64,000 bases of DNA from Mobula hypostoma (lineage: Eukaryota): the NCBI RefSeq assembly GCF_963921235.1, contig NC_086101.1, forward strand, positions 11,472,001 through 11,536,000, given 5' to 3'. Below are positions 10,030 to 23,356 of this stretch, piece by piece. Below the pieces are notes generated by a model that saw only the letters and a program-made list of their open reading frames with translations, made no database searches and was not told where the DNA came from. Position 1 is the first letter of the stretch. Each line of letters opens with the position of its first letter. Both the position numbers and the translations under genes were made by a program.

Positions 10030-11375
10030 AGTTGCACTTAATCTACTGTGATGAAGTGCTTTGAGAGATTGGACATGAAGCACATCAACTCCTCCCTGAG
10101 GAGTGACTACTGCCCAATTTACCCACTGACACAACAAATCCACAGCAAATGCAATTTCATTGGCTCTTCAATCTTTGCAGCCATGGAACATCTGGACAGT
10201 GAAGAAGCAGGATGCTCAACATTCAACACTGTTATCCCCTCAACACTAATCAGTAAGCTCCAAGCCCTGTACCTGAACACTACCATGTGCAATTGGACCC
10301 TTAATTTCCTCACTTGCAGACTGCAGACAGTTCAGATTGGCAATAACACAACTACCATCAGCACGGGTACACGACAATGTTTTGTGTTTAGCCCCCTGCT
10401 CTGCTCGCTTTATACATATGTCTCTGAAGCTAAGCACAACTCCAATTTCATATTTAAGTTTGCTGACAGCGCCACTTTTGTTGGCCACATCAAAGGTGAT
10501 GAATTGGCACATAGGGAGATTGAAAATCTGACACCATAACCTCTCACTGAATGTCCACAAAACTAAAGGCAACTATCAACCACAGGAGGGAAAAACTGGA
10601 AGTCCATGAGTTAGGTCTCATCAGGGTATTATTCGAGTAGTAGAAGGTCAGTAACTTTAAATTCCTTGAATTATCATTTCCTAGGATCTGTCCTGGGACC
10701 TGCACACGAGTGCCGTTGCAAAGAAGACACGGTAGCACCTCCACTTTCTTAAAAGATTGGTCAGATTTGTCATGTCATCTGAAACTTTGACAAACTTCTA
10801 CAAATGCACCGTGCAGATTCTCCTGGCTACTTGCATCATGGCCTGGTATGAAAATACAAGTGCCAATATGAATATAGCCCAGACCATTGCAGGAAAAGCG
10901 TCTCTGAATTCAGCACATCTCACAAGGAACGCTGCCACAAGAAAACAACATTCACCATCAAGGAACCTCGTGCTGCTGCCATCAGGAAGAAGATACAGGA
11001 GCCTAAGGTTCCACACCAATAGTTTCAGGAACATATATTAGCCATTGAACATCACGCTGGATAACTTCATACACCTCGAAACTGAATTGATTCCACATTC
11101 TATGGACTCACTTCAAAGGAATCTACGACTCATGTTCTCAATATTATTTATTACATATTTACTTATTAATAGTAGTAATTGTTTTATTCTTGTAATCCCA
11201 CAGTTGGTCTTCTTATGCACATTGGTTATTTGTACATATGTTATTTATTTGTCTGTAGTTTTTCCTTGATCCTATTGTGTTTTTTTGTATCTACCGTGAA
11301 GTCCTACAAGAAAATAAATCTCAGGGTAGTATATGGCAACAAAAATTTATCTTGATAATTTTATTTTGAATTTTG
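10030..11375 (+). mobile_element. Rex1/Babar-type LINE, degenerate
   Basis: MKCFERL, FNT.IP..L, FKFAD, LTNFYKCTV, LLPSGRRYRSL and an AT-rich tail. Confidence 0.8.
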
Positions 11376-11499
11376 AGTTCCTCCAGGACTTTAAGTTGCT
11401 CAAGATAGCCACCATATGCAGAATACCAAGAAAAATAAAACAAGAGTAGAATTAGGCCATTCAGTCCATCGAGCCTGCTATGCCATTCAATGTGGAATC

Positions 11500-12875
11500 T
11501 GGAAGATGGAACCTGCAAGGCGTCAGATCAGAAGACCCTACAGAGGATAGTAAAAAACCACCAATCACTGGGGTCTTCACTATCGCAACCCACTATTTGT
11601 GACATTTACTGGGAGATTTGTATTCTGAGAGCCCAAAGCATTGTTGAGGATCCCTACTATCCATTCCACAATCTGTCTAACTCATTGCCACCCAGAGGGA
11701 AGTACAGGACCATGAGGACTAGGACTGCCAGACTGGGTAACAATTTCTACCCTCAGGCTGAGACTGATGAATACCCTGCCTCCACTAAGGCAGTGGTCCC
11801 CAACCTCCGGGCCGCAGACCGGTACCGGACCGCAAAGCATGTGCTACTGGGCCACGAGGAAACGATATGATTTAGCGATATGAAACGATATGAGTCAGCT
11901 GCACCTTTCCTCATTCCCTGTCACGCCCACTGTTGAACTTGAATGCACACGAGGTCATTACCCACGCGTCATCCATGTCAGCGCGGGAAGAAGATCAACT
12001 CCTCGAGCTTACAAATGACGGTGGGCTGAAAAGTATGTTTGACATAACATCTCTGCCGGCATTCTGGCTCAAAGTCAAGGCTGAATATCCTGAGATAGCC
12101 ACGAAAGCTCTGAAAACATTGCTTCCAATTCCAACATCATATCTCCGTGAAGCGGCGTTTTCTGCAATGAATGCAATGAAAACTAAATTGCAGAACAGAC
12201 TGGACATAAGGAACCCCCTTCAAGTATCGCTGTCTCCCATCACCCCTCGATAGGACCGTCTTGTTGCAGGAAAACAAGCTCAGGGCTCCCACTGATTCAG
12301 CGATATTGGTGTGTTGCAATGATTTTATATGTTCATACGGGGAAAATATGCGCTGCGTGTTTAAAATGTTATGATGCTATTGACTTGTAAGTGACTTATA
12401 ATTGACTTATCACTATTATCACTATATTCATGCGAGGAAAATATGCGCTGTGTGTTTAATATTAAATTCATTAGATAAACCTTTTTAGAAATGAAATTGA
12501 GTGCATTAGCCACTTATAAATGACTTATAGTTGACTCATCAACTATATTCCGGTCGTGATTAATAACCCCCCTCCCCCCGCCCCCCCGGTCGGCCGATCT
12601 GCAAAAATATTGTTAATATTAAACCGGTCCGCGGTGCAAACAAGGTTGGGGACCCCTTGTACTAAGGTCTTGTCACGAGGACAGCGAGCTGCTTACTGTT
12701 TACTTGTGCTGCACACTTCACATGCATCTTGAATTATAATTTGTTAACTTACTTGTGGTGATATTTTGTTTCATGTGTTACGTGTGATATATGTTTTGTG
12801 GATACTCTGTAGTCCGGAGGAACATTGTTTCATTTGTTTGTATATATGAACAGTCAGATGATGATAAACTTACAC
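11500..12875 (+). mobile_element. Rex1/Babar-type 3' fragment interrupted by the hAT element
   Basis: CKASDQKTLQRIVK...RAQSIVEDP.YP...RTARLGNNFYPQA, with the tail resuming after 12667. Confidence 0.7.
11791..12659 (+). mobile_element. Buster/Charlie-type hAT, internally deleted non-autonomous element
   Basis: TIRs CAGTGGTCCCCAACC / GGTTGGGGACCCCTTG; 8-bp TSD CACTAAGG (11783-11790) / TACTAAGG (12660-12667) with central TA; C-terminal dimerisation remnant FWLKVKAEYPEIATKALK...TSYL.EAAFS...KTKLQNRLD. Confidence 0.9.
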
Positions 12876-12879
12876 TTGA

Positions 12880-13570
12880 TCATGGCTGATTTACTTTCCC
12901 TGTCAACCCCCTTCCTCTGCCTTCTCCCCGTAATATTTGAGAACATTGCTGACCTATCACCCTCCACTCAAAATATACCTAATAACTTGGCCTCTATTGG
13001 CATCAGTGGCAATAAATTCCACACATTCACCACCCTCTAGCTAAAAAAAAGTTTCCTCGTATGTCCCAAAAGGACATTATTTTATTCCAAGGCTGTGCCC
13101 ACTGCTCATGAACTCTCCCACTATTGGAAACATAGTCTCGACGTTCACACTATCTAGGCTTTTGAATATCCCATAGATTTCAATGAGATCCCCCCTCGCT
13201 CTTCTAAAGCCAGCGAGTACAGGATCAGAGTAGTCAAATGCTCCTCATACATTTCATTCACAGGATCATTGCTCTGAATGCCCTCTGGACCGTCTCCAAT
13301 GCCAGCACATCCTATCTTCGATGAGGGGCACAAAACTGCTCACAATACTCCAAATGCAGCCTGACCTAAAGGCTCAGCAGTATAATACATCTTTGCTTTT
13401 ATATTCTAATCCTCCTGAGATGAACACCAACATTGCATTTGTCTTCCTTACTACCGACTCTACCTGCAAGTTAATTTTTAGGGAATTCCGCACTTGGACT
13501 CCCAAGTCAATTTGCAGCTCTGATTTCTGAATTCACTCCCTGTTTAGAAAATAGTCTTTGCCTTTATTCC
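12880..13570 (-). mobile_element. Degenerate CR1-type LINE 3' fragment
   Basis: Similar to 4550-5400 but more decayed. Confidence 0.7.
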
Positions 13571-13589
13571 TCGCTTCCAGGGAAGATAA

Positions 13590-14185
13590 GAGCAGCTTTA
13601 TTTGTCACATCGAAACATACACTGAAATGTGTTGTTTGCACCAATGACCAACACACAGTCTGAGGATGTGCTGGGGGGCGTGGGGGCAAGTGTCACCAAT
13701 CTTCTCGGGCCAGCATTGCATGTCCACAATTTACCAGCCCTAACCCACACGTCTTTGGACTGTGTCAGGAATGTCTCCCATCCACTACATAACGTACTGG
13801 GTGGGCACAGGAGTACATTCAGCCAGAGACTCATTCCTCCGAGATGCAGCACAGAGCGTCATAGGAAGTCATTCCTGCCTGTGGCCATCAAACTTTACAA
13901 CTCCTCCCTTGGAGGGTCAGACACCCTGAGCCAATAGGCTGGTCCTGGACTTATTTCATAATTTACTGACATAATTTACATATCACTATTTAACTATTTA
14001 TGGTTCTATTCCTATTTAATTATTTATGGTGCAACTGTAACGAAAACCAATAAAGTATGACTATGACTATGAAGCCCATGCAGTCTCAGGGAGACTGTAT
14101 AAACTCCTTACAGACAGTGGAGGGATTTACACCTTGATTTCTGGTGCACTGGAGGGTTAACGTTAGCTGTTATGCATCCATCCCA
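13590..14185 (-). mobile_element. V-SINE-like element interrupted by a Rex1 3' end
   Basis: GCTTTATTTGTCACAT tail, ...GTCTTTGGACTGTG, resumes near 14072 (TATAAACTCCTTACAGACAG). Confidence 0.65.
13768..14071 (+). mobile_element. Rex1/Babar 3' end with (CTATGA)n tail
   Basis: HPLH...CSTERHRKSFLPVAIKLYN; near-identical to the reverse complement of 23360-23680. Confidence 0.85.
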
Positions 14186-14914
14186 CCCTTATCTCCTCAG
14201 GTAGTGTGAGTCATGATTCCGGTCACTGGCGCTCACCTTCACCGGAAGATCATCCAGAATGTCAGGAGCTGCTTCCTGAGCACAATAATGTCAGGTAGGC
14301 AGGCGTCTGAGAATCAGAACTTATTGAGCTCTTGCATGGGTGTGGGAAGTGTGTGAGAAGGTGCTGTTCTGTGGTAAGTGGCTTCTCAGGGTCGAGGACA
14401 CATTTCCCACCTCAGCAAGGGCAATGATGTGTGTAGATCTGTGTGACAAACCCACGACCCGTCTTTGTGGTCCCCTCCCACCATACTTTCCACTTTTATG
14501 CTGGTTCTTAGTTTGACTGAGGATGTGAAAGGAAAAACAGTCTCGCTGACACTGAGCGTCAGTCAAACCAAGCAAGGCCCAGGGAACCACAGTATACAGA
14601 TCCCACCCGTGCTGGTCTCAGAAAGTAAAAGTTCAACTGAATTCAAATCTCCTTCAGCAAGGGGTGACCAGCAGATATCCAAACTATTTTTTATGCCGTC
14701 GGGCAGTAAAGTGCCAAACATTAAACCACACAAACCAGGAAATACAATGAGATTACTTTGAGAAGACTACCTAGCCCTTCAAGATTGTCCGACCTACCTA
14801 TCAGATCAGGGCCTATCGAGATGCAATTTTAGCATGCCAACTTCTCTGCCCACAGCTGCAGAGAGTCGTGGACGCGGCTTAGCATATCACAGAAGGAAGA
14901 CTCCCCTCTGAGGA

Positions 14915-15552
14915 CTCTGTCCGCCAGTTGAAGCAGGATCTTCCAGTGGCCACACATTTTAATTCCACGTCCCATTCCCATTCTGATATGTCTATCCACG
15001 GCCTCCTCTACTGTCAAGGTGAAGCCACACTCAGGTTGGAGGAACAACACCTTATATTCCGTCTGGGTAGCCTCCAACCTGATGGCATGAACATTGACTT
15101 CTCTAACTTCCGCTAATGCCCCACCTCCCCCTCGTACCCCGTCCGTTATTTATTTATATACACACATTCTTTTTCTCTCTCTCCTTTTTCTCCCTCTATC
15201 CCCCTCACTATACCCCTTGCCCATCTTCTGGGTTCCCCCCCCCCTCCGCTTTTCTTCCTCCCTGGGCCTCCTGTCCCATGATCCTCTCGTATCCCTTTTG
15301 CCTATCACCTGTCCAGCTCTTGGCTCCATCCCTCCCCCTCCTGTCTTCTCCTATAATTTCAGATCTCCCCCTCCCCCTCCCACTTTCAAATCTCTTACTA
15401 GTTACTAGCTCTTCTTTCAGTTAGTCCTGACAAAGGGTCTTGGCCCGAAACGTCGACTGTACCTCTTCCTAGAGATGCTGCCTGGCCTGCTGCGTTCACC
15501 AGCAACTTTGATGTGTGTTGCTTGAAATTTCAGCATCTGCTGATTTCCTTGT
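14915..15552 (+). mobile_element. Penelope-like element 3' fragment inside an old Rex1 remnant
   Basis: KQDLPVATHFNS...GMNIDFSNFR*, same 3' UTR as 2956-3383; hammerhead at ~15423-15458 has the core altered to CTGACAA. Confidence 0.9.
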
Positions 15553-15694
15553 CTCTACACCACTTGTTGCATCAGTAAAGCAGCCAGCATAATCGAAGGC
15601 CCAGCTCACCCTGGACATTCTTTTTTCTCCCCACTCCCCTCGGGTAGAAGGTACAAAAGCACGTACCACCAGGCACAAGGACAACTTCAGTCCT

Positions 15695-17283
15695 TATTCT
15701 AAATTTTGTGGAAAACTGCTGCTGGAAGAGAAGCAACTCAGTGAAAGATGCTCTTTGGTCTGCACAAAAGCTGCTGGACTCCGAGCACAGTGAGATGCCC
15801 GTAAGGGAACGCTGCCGGCTGCCCCAGTCCAGGCTGCAGGAGGACGTGCTGAGGGAAGCACAAAACTCAAATGCAGCCAGTGTAGAGGCTCTGTTCTGGA
15901 GGACCACAGTCGAGGCACCTTCCGTTACCAAAGTGAAGAGGCTGAGTTGCGTAGGGAAGCCCCTCAAACATTGAAATGTTGCATCACCCATAGGGCAACC
16001 TGAGTGGCAATGGTGCAATGAAACCATAGAAAACCATAGAAACTACAGCACAGAAACAGGCCCTTTGGCCCTTCTTGGCTGTGCCGAACCATTTTCTGCC
16101 TAGTCCCACTGACCTGCACACGGACCATATCCCGCCATACACCTCCCATCCATGTATCTGTCCAATTTATTCTTAAATGTTAAAAAAGAACCCGCATTTA
16201 CCACCTCGTCTGGCAGCTCATTCCATACTCCCACCACTCTCTGTGTGAAGAAGCCCCCCCTAATGTTCCTTTTAAACTTTGCCCCCCTCACCCTTAACCC
16301 ATGTCCTCTGGTTTTTTTCTCCCCTTGCCTCAGTGGAAAAAGCCTGCTTGCATTCACTCTATCTATACCCATCATAATTTTATATACCTCTATCAAATCT
16401 CCCCTCATTCTTCTACGCTCCAGGGAATAAAGTCCTAACCTATTCAACCTTTCTCTGCAACAGAGTTTATCAAGTCCCTGCAACATCCTTGTAAACCTTC
16501 TCTGCACTCTTTCAACCTTATTTATATCCTTCCTGTAATTTGGTGACCAAAACTGAACACAATACTCCAGATTCGGCCTCACCAATGCCTTATACAACCT
16601 CATCATAACATTCCAGCTCTTATACTCAATACTTTGATTAATAAAGGCCAAGGTACCAAAAGCTCTCTTTACAACCCTATCTACCTGTGACGCCACTTTT
16701 AGGGAATTTTGTATCTGTATTCCCAGATCCCTCTGTTCCACTTCACTCCTCAGTGCCTTACCATTTACCCTGTATGTTCTACGTTGGTTTGTCCTTCCAA
16801 TGTGCAATACCTCACACTTGTCTGTATTAAACTTCATCTGCCATTTTTCAGCCCATTTTTCCAGCTGGTCCAAATCCTTCTGCAAGCTTTGAAAACCTTC
16901 CTCACTGTCCACTATACCTCCAATCTTTGTATCATCAGCAAATTTGCTGATCCAATTTCCCACATTATCATTCAGATCATTGATATAGATGACAAATAAC
17001 AATGGACCCAGCACTGATCCCTGTGGCACGCCACTGGTTACAGGCCTCCACTCTGAGAAGCAATCTTCTACTACCACTCTTTGGCTTCTTCCATTGAGCC
17101 AATGTCTAATCCAATTTACCACCTCTCCATGTATACCTAGCGACTGAATAGTGTTTAATTTAAACTGAATGGTGTAAATAGTGTTGACATACTGAACCCA
17201 TCAACCATATGGCATTCAGAATATAATTAGTTTTTTGTTGCTATTTTTATCATGAATAAAATTTACTTTTGAAATACAAAAAG
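15695..17283 (+). mobile_element. Tx1/L1-type LINE 3' end split by a CR1 insertion
   Basis: CWK..NSVKDALWSA..LL...CRL..SRLQ..VLR at 15708-15900; AT-rich UTR with AATAAA and A-tail at ~17150-17283. Confidence 0.65.
16020..17148 (-). mobile_element. CR1-type LINE 3' part with uninterrupted 340-aa RT/C-terminal frame
   Basis: ORF 16100-17122: [33 protein letters not shown]; repeat tail at 16020-16045. Confidence 0.95.
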
Positions 17284-17916
17284 CATCTGAGATACAGGCC
17301 CTTCGTTCACCGAGTCTCATCCACTTACACCAATCCTTGACCGCAGATCCCACATTGGCCTCATCAGTCACCTCAGTTCTGGAGCGAGTCATCCTCAACT
17401 CCAGGAGACTGCTGGAGGAGGTGCATTTCCCTGTGTAGGGAAAGAGTTAATTGTGATCCTCCTTGGTACATGCCAAAATAAAATGGAAGTTCGAAGACAG
17501 AATAGTGACCGGTTGGAATTTGGTAATGACCTGTTTTCCTTCTTATTCACCAATGTCTTGTCTCTATTTTGAATGCATATTATTAAGATAAGAATCTGGT
17601 AACAGCTCCTGTTGCCTTTTTTTTTCCCCCTAAATTGTGTGTCTGGGCTGAAGGTTGTAAGAGATAAGAGGGTGCAGCTGGTTCCACCAAGGTATGGAAA
17701 AATACTGACGTGATACACTTTGATGGAATCTTAAGGGGTGTTTCCTGTCTGCAGTATGAGAGTTTTGTATGAGGGTCTGTGACAGCCTGTGTTAGAGCTA
17801 GAGATGGGGGTGGGGTGGGAGAGAGGGGGCTGGGGGAGGGGTGGAAGAAGCGAGTGGTAGGGGGAGTGGATAGGGCGAGCCGTGCATTAAAGATTCTTAA
17901 ATCTGATACTCCTGTC

Positions 17917-18697
17917 TGTTATGAAATGTAGCGTTTTAGAAACGAACCAGCAGCAATAGATTTTACACATGAAGTCTGGTTTTGATTTTAGAACCACTAT
18001 CTTTAATAGTATCTACTTATAATACAATAACTTAACCAAGATAAACAAAAGTTAACAGTGTCATGTGTATATATGTGTGTAAATATAACACCCAAACTAT
18101 TGAGCTTGGGGGAATAAGGCTTAGAGTCTTGAGATGGTAAAGTAGAAAGTTCAGTAATCCACGAAATAAATGATGGGAGAGAGGTATTTGTAATCCAGGG
18201 TGAAACGCAGAGAAACGGTAAATACAAAATATTCCACAGGTTCCACGCTGGTAAAACGAGACAACAGTCACCGTAGGTCTTGTTCAACGTGTCGTTCCAA
18301 ATCCACAAATGAATTATCACCGAAAGTGACCTGTCACAGGAATATCGTCTTCCACTGGTTATCACACAACATACCCAGGCAAGGGCTACAAAAGTGCTCC
18401 CACAAGATACCCCAAAATCCACTCCTGCAGATTGTATGAAATGACAGTCACACACTCGCTGTGCACCGTGTGTCGATGTTTAACCCACCCTTGTAGGCAT
18501 AAGAGGGTTCCAAGCCCCAGCTGCGACAAGCTGAAGCTACCGGCTTCCCCAGTCTCTCTCTCTCTCTCTTTCGATCGACGGTCGCCCTCTCTGTATATGA
18601 GTTGGTTCGCAGCAGCCTGTGACTGACGTCATGGTCCCGCCTCACTCAGGCACTTAAAGCAACAGTCCACAGTAAACGAAACCGTGGGTTTGTAACA
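17917..18697. mobile_element. Solo LTR (Gypsy/ERV-type)
   Basis: TGTTA...TAACA termini; 4-bp TSD TGTC at 17913-17916 and 18698-18701; no coding content. Confidence 0.82.
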
Positions 18698-19039
18698 TGT
18701 CTAACGTTGCAGAGGTCAGCTTAGTGAATAATAAGTACTATTTTGATTCCATACTGCTACTACTGCAGACTTTTGATTTTCTTCCTGTATGTGCTGGTTC
18801 TGATAAAATCTTTTCTTGTGGTTTTGAACACGTGTGCAGTACAGTATCTCCATTGTTTGTGAAAGCATATACGAATATCCTGATCTAAGTCAGAAAAGAA
18901 CACAGAACAAATCTTAAAATGACTCTGGTTAGAACCTGTGCGGCCAGCAGGAGGGAGAACCACTCCAGTTATTCACACTCACGCTCTGCTTTCACCCAGT
19001 CAGGAAAGAGTGCCAACAGATGCCAAGTGCACACTCGCT

Positions 19040-20060
19040 GCTCCCCACTTCAGAGAGTAGTTATAAAGTGAGAGGAGAAGGGTTAAAGGAGATTGATGAG
19101 GCAAGTTTTTTCTTAAATTGCACACGGAGAATGGTCGGTGCCTGGAACGTGCTGTCAGGGGAGGTGGTGGAAGTAGATACAACAACAACATTTCAGTGGC
19201 ATTTCGACAGACACATGAACAGACAGGGAATGGAGGGTTGTGGACCATTTCGGGCGGATGGGATGAGATTGCATTGGGGACATGGGCAAAGGAATGGCAG
19301 AAGGAATTCAAATCAAATAAGTGTGAAGAGTCATATTTCAAGAAGTTCAAACCAATGCAGAATATACACAGTGAATGTCAGGGCCCTGGGGAGCATTGTA
19401 GAATAGAAATACCCAGGGGAACGAGTACAAAGTTCTTGAGAGTAGAGACACAGGCAGACAGTACAGTGAAGAAGCTGTATGTTACGCTGGCCTTCATCGA
19501 TTGGGGCATTAAGTACATGAGATGGTTTGTCACGTTACAGTTGTACAAGACATTGGTGAGACCACACTCAGAATATTGGTCACAGTTCTGGTCATCGAGC
19601 TGTAGAAAGGACGACATTCAGCTGGAATGTGTGCAGACAAGATTCACAGGAATGTTACCGGGGCTCATGGGCATCAGGAGAATCTGGATCAATCTGGACT
19701 CTTTTCCCTGAAGAAAAGGAGGATGAGGTTTCACATTTTTGTGGTTTATGAAGTTCTGCAGGGTAGTGATAAAGTTGATAGTCACAGTCTTTTCCCCAGG
19801 GTAGGGGAGTCTAAAACTAGGGTTAAAGTGAGAGGGTAAAGATTAACAGCGGACCTGAGCCAGTGTTCCACACAGACGGTGGTTGGTAAATGGGAGGAGC
19901 TGCCAGAAGAAATGGTAGAGGCAAACAGAATTGAAACACTTTCAAGACATTTGGATAGGTCCGTGACAGAAAATGCTTAGAGGGATGTGGACCAATGCAG
20001 TTAAATGGAATTGCCAAGGAAGCCACCTTGGTTGACAGGGATGTTTTAGGCTGTGCTGAC
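19040..20060 (+). mobile_element. Two degenerate CR1-type 3' fragments
   Basis: RMVGAWNVL (19060-19270), then LQLYKTLVRPHSEY...RFTGMLPG (19270-20040). Confidence 0.8.
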
Positions 20061-20094
20061 TATTTCCATTAGTCTTTTTAGAAAGAGTGGCACC

Positions 20095-20440
20095 CCACAG
20101 AGTACCCAAATAGGTACCTGACAGGCCTCTGAAAACCTGCGCCAACCAATTGGTGGGTGTGTTCAGACATTTTCAATCTCCCATTTCTACAGTTGGAAGC
20201 TCCCACCTGCTTCAAAGGCTCAATGATGATACCCGTACCGAAGAAGCCCAGGGTGAGCTGAGTTAATGACTATCACCCAGTGGTACTTACATCTATTGTA
20301 ATGAAGTGCTTTGAGAAGTTGGTCATGGCTAGAATCAACTCCTGCCTAAGCAAGGACCTGGACCCACTGCAATTTGCCTAGCGCCACAATAGGTCGAGAG
20401 CAGATGCAATCTCACTGACTCTCCATCGGCATTGAATTTT
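20095..20440 (+). mobile_element. Rex1/Babar RT fragment
   Basis: LKTCANQL...PVPKK...[20 protein letters not shown]...DPLQFA readable on plus. Confidence 0.75.
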
Positions 20441-21445
20441 AGATTATGAGGACATGCAGTCCTCTTTTATTCTCGTTTAGTAATGCATGCATTAAGAAAT
20501 GGTACAATAAGGGAGCTAGGGTTTTACTCTTTGGAGAGAAGGAGGATGAGAGGAGACATGATAGAGGTGTACAAGATAATAAGAGGAATAGATAGAGTGG
20601 ATAGCCAGCGCCTCTTCCCCAGGGCACCACGTAAGGGGTGGGAAGTTCAAGGGGGATATTAGAGGAAGGTTTTTTACTCAGAGAGTGGTTGGTGCGTGGA
20701 ATGCACTGCCTGAGTCAGTGGTGGAGGCAGATACACTAGTGAAGTTTAAGAGACTACTAGACAGGTATATGGAGAAATCTAAGGTGGGGGCTTATATGGG
20801 AGGCAGGGTTTGAGGGTCGGCACAACATTGTGGGCCGAAGGGCCTGTACTGTGCTGTACTATTCTATGTTCTAGTCTATGTTCTATTTCCTCCAGTGTGA
20901 TATCACAAAACACAGGACAAACCTAGCCTGAAAAAGCTAACAAAACCACATAATTATAACATATAGTTACAACAGTGCAACAATACCATAACTTGATGAA
21001 GAAGTCCATGAGCACAGTAAAAAGTTCAAAGTCTCTCAAATGTCCCACATCTCACACAGGCAGGAGAAGGAAGACAAACTCTCCCTGCCATTCCCGACCA
21101 CAGTCCGACTCTGAGTCATCCAAAAACTTCGAGCCTCCAATCAGCCCTCTGACACCGAGTACTAAGCACCATCTCTGTCCGAACGATTCGGCCTCAATCT
21201 CGGTCGCCGACAGCAGACAAAGCCGGGGATTTTGAGGCCTACCCTCCGGAAGATTCCCAACTGCGCAGTAACAACAGCAGCCAACTGATGTTTCAGAAAT
21301 TTCTCCAGATGTCCCTCTGTGCTTTCACGTCTATCTCCATCTAATCAGAATTGTCCACGGCCCCTATTTAAAGGATACAATAACATTTTTCGCTGGAGGG
21401 CTGTGCACGTGCAGTGCGCTGCTCTCTCTCCTCCCACCTGGATTA
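20441..21445 (-). mobile_element. Second copy of the non-autonomous retroposon, with a CR1 3' end (+, ~20507-20886) inserted
   Basis: Shares GATTATGAGGAC..GCAGTCC.CTTTTATT, TAATGCATGCATTAAGAAATG and CCACATAATTATAACATATAGTTACAACAGTGCAA with 6900-7537. Confidence 0.75.
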
Positions 21446-22737
21446 CATAGAAACATAGAAACATAGAAAATAGGTGCAGGAGTAGGCCATTCGGCCCTTC
21501 GAGCCTGCACCGCCATTCAGTATGATCATGGCTGATCATCCAACTCAGAAACCTGTACCTGCCTTCTCTCCATACACCCTAATCCCTTTAGCCACAAGGG
21601 CCATATCTAACTCCCTCTTAAATATAGCCAATGAACTGGCCTCAACTGTTTCCTGTGGCAGAGAAATCCACAGATTCACCACCCTCTGTGTGAAGAAGTT
21701 TTTCCCAATCTTGGTCCTAAAAGGCTTCCCCTTTATCCTCAAACTGTGACCCCTCGTTCTGGACTTCCCCAACATCAGGAATAATCTTCCTGCATCTGGC
21801 CTGTCCAATCCCTTTAGGATCTTATACGTTTCAATCAGATCCCCCCTCAATTTTCTAAATTCCAACGAGTACAAGCCCAGTTCATCCAGTTTTTCTTCAT
21901 ATGAAAGTCCTGCCATCCCAGGAATCAATCTGGTGAACCTTCTTTGTACTCCCTCTATGGCAAGAATGACTTTCCTCAGATTAGGGGACCAAAACTGCAC
22001 ACAATACTCCAGGTGTGGTCTCACCAAGGTCTTGTACAACTGCAGTAGTACCTCCCTGCTCCTGTACTTGAATCCTCTTGCTATGAATGCCAGCATACCA
22101 TTCGCCTTTTTCACTGCCTGCTATACCTGCATGCCCACTTTCAATGACTGGTGTATAATGACACCCGGGTCTCGTTGCACCTCCCCTTTTCCTAATCGGC
22201 CACCATTCAGATAATAATCTGTTTTCCTGTTTTTGCCACCAAAGTGGATAACCTCACATTTATCCACATTAAATTGCATCTGCCATGAATTTGCCCACTC
22301 ACCTAACCTATCCAAGTCACCCTGCATCCTCTTAGCATCCTCCTCACAGCTAACACTGCGCCCAGCTTCGTGTCATCCGCAATCTTGGAGATGCTGCATT
22401 TAATTCCCTCGTCTGAGTCATTTATATATATTGTAAACAACTGGGGTCCCAGCACTGAGCCTTGCGGTACCCCACTAGTCACTGCCTGCCATTCTGAAAA
22501 TGTCCTGTTTATTCCCACTCATTGCTTCCTGTCTGCTAACCAATTCTCCACCCACACCAATACCATACCCCCAATACTGTGTGCTTTAAGTTTGCACACT
22601 AATCTCCTGTGTGGGACCTTGTCAAAAGCCTTTTGAAAATCCAAATATACCACATCCACTGGTTCTCCCCTATCCACTCTATTAGTTACATGCTCAAAAA
22701 ATTCTATGAGCTTCATCAGACGTGATTTTCCTTTCAC
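21446..22737 (-). mobile_element. CR1-type LINE 3' part
   Basis: ORFs 21545-22114, 22121-22327, 22303-22518, 22519-22737; (CATAGAAA)n tail. Confidence 0.93.
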
Positions 22738-23356
22738 AATAGGGCATGAAGGGATATGGGGAGTAGGCAGGAGATTGGGGCTGAGAGGAATAATGGATCA
22801 GTCATGATGAAATGGCCATGCAGACTCGATGGGCCAAATGACCTAATTCTGCCCCTATATCTTCTGGTCTTATCTAGATATCATCCTGGTAAATCTCCTC
22901 TGCACCATCTCTAATGCTTCCAGATCCTTCCTATAATGAGGCGGCCAGAATTGAATACAATATTCCAAGGGTGATCTAACCAGGGTTTTATAGATCTGTA
23001 ATATTACTTCATGGCTCTTGAACTCAATCCCCCAACTATTGATGGCCAACACGCTACCACAAATTCTCTCTTAACTTTGGCATGTTTTAGCATTTCAGAA
23101 ACACAGGAGATTCTGCAGATGCTGGAAATCCAGAGTTACGCTTACAAAATGTCTTATGGGTGATTTTTATGGTGATTGTTGCAAACTATAGTGAGGATTT
23201 CGAAGGTAAGTTTCTTTTACACAGAGTGGTAGTAACGTGGATCGCTTCTCGGGGTAATGGTAGAGGCATTATGAACATTTAAGAGTCTCTTTGATAAGCA
23301 CGTGGATTTTAAGAAGGAGATCTATGTGGGAAAGAATGGTCAGATTATTTTAAGTT

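Noticed and set aside
14915..15552. 13-bp TSD and active ribozyme for this PLE fragment
   Set aside because: Only short microhomology at the edges, and the core is CTGACAA.
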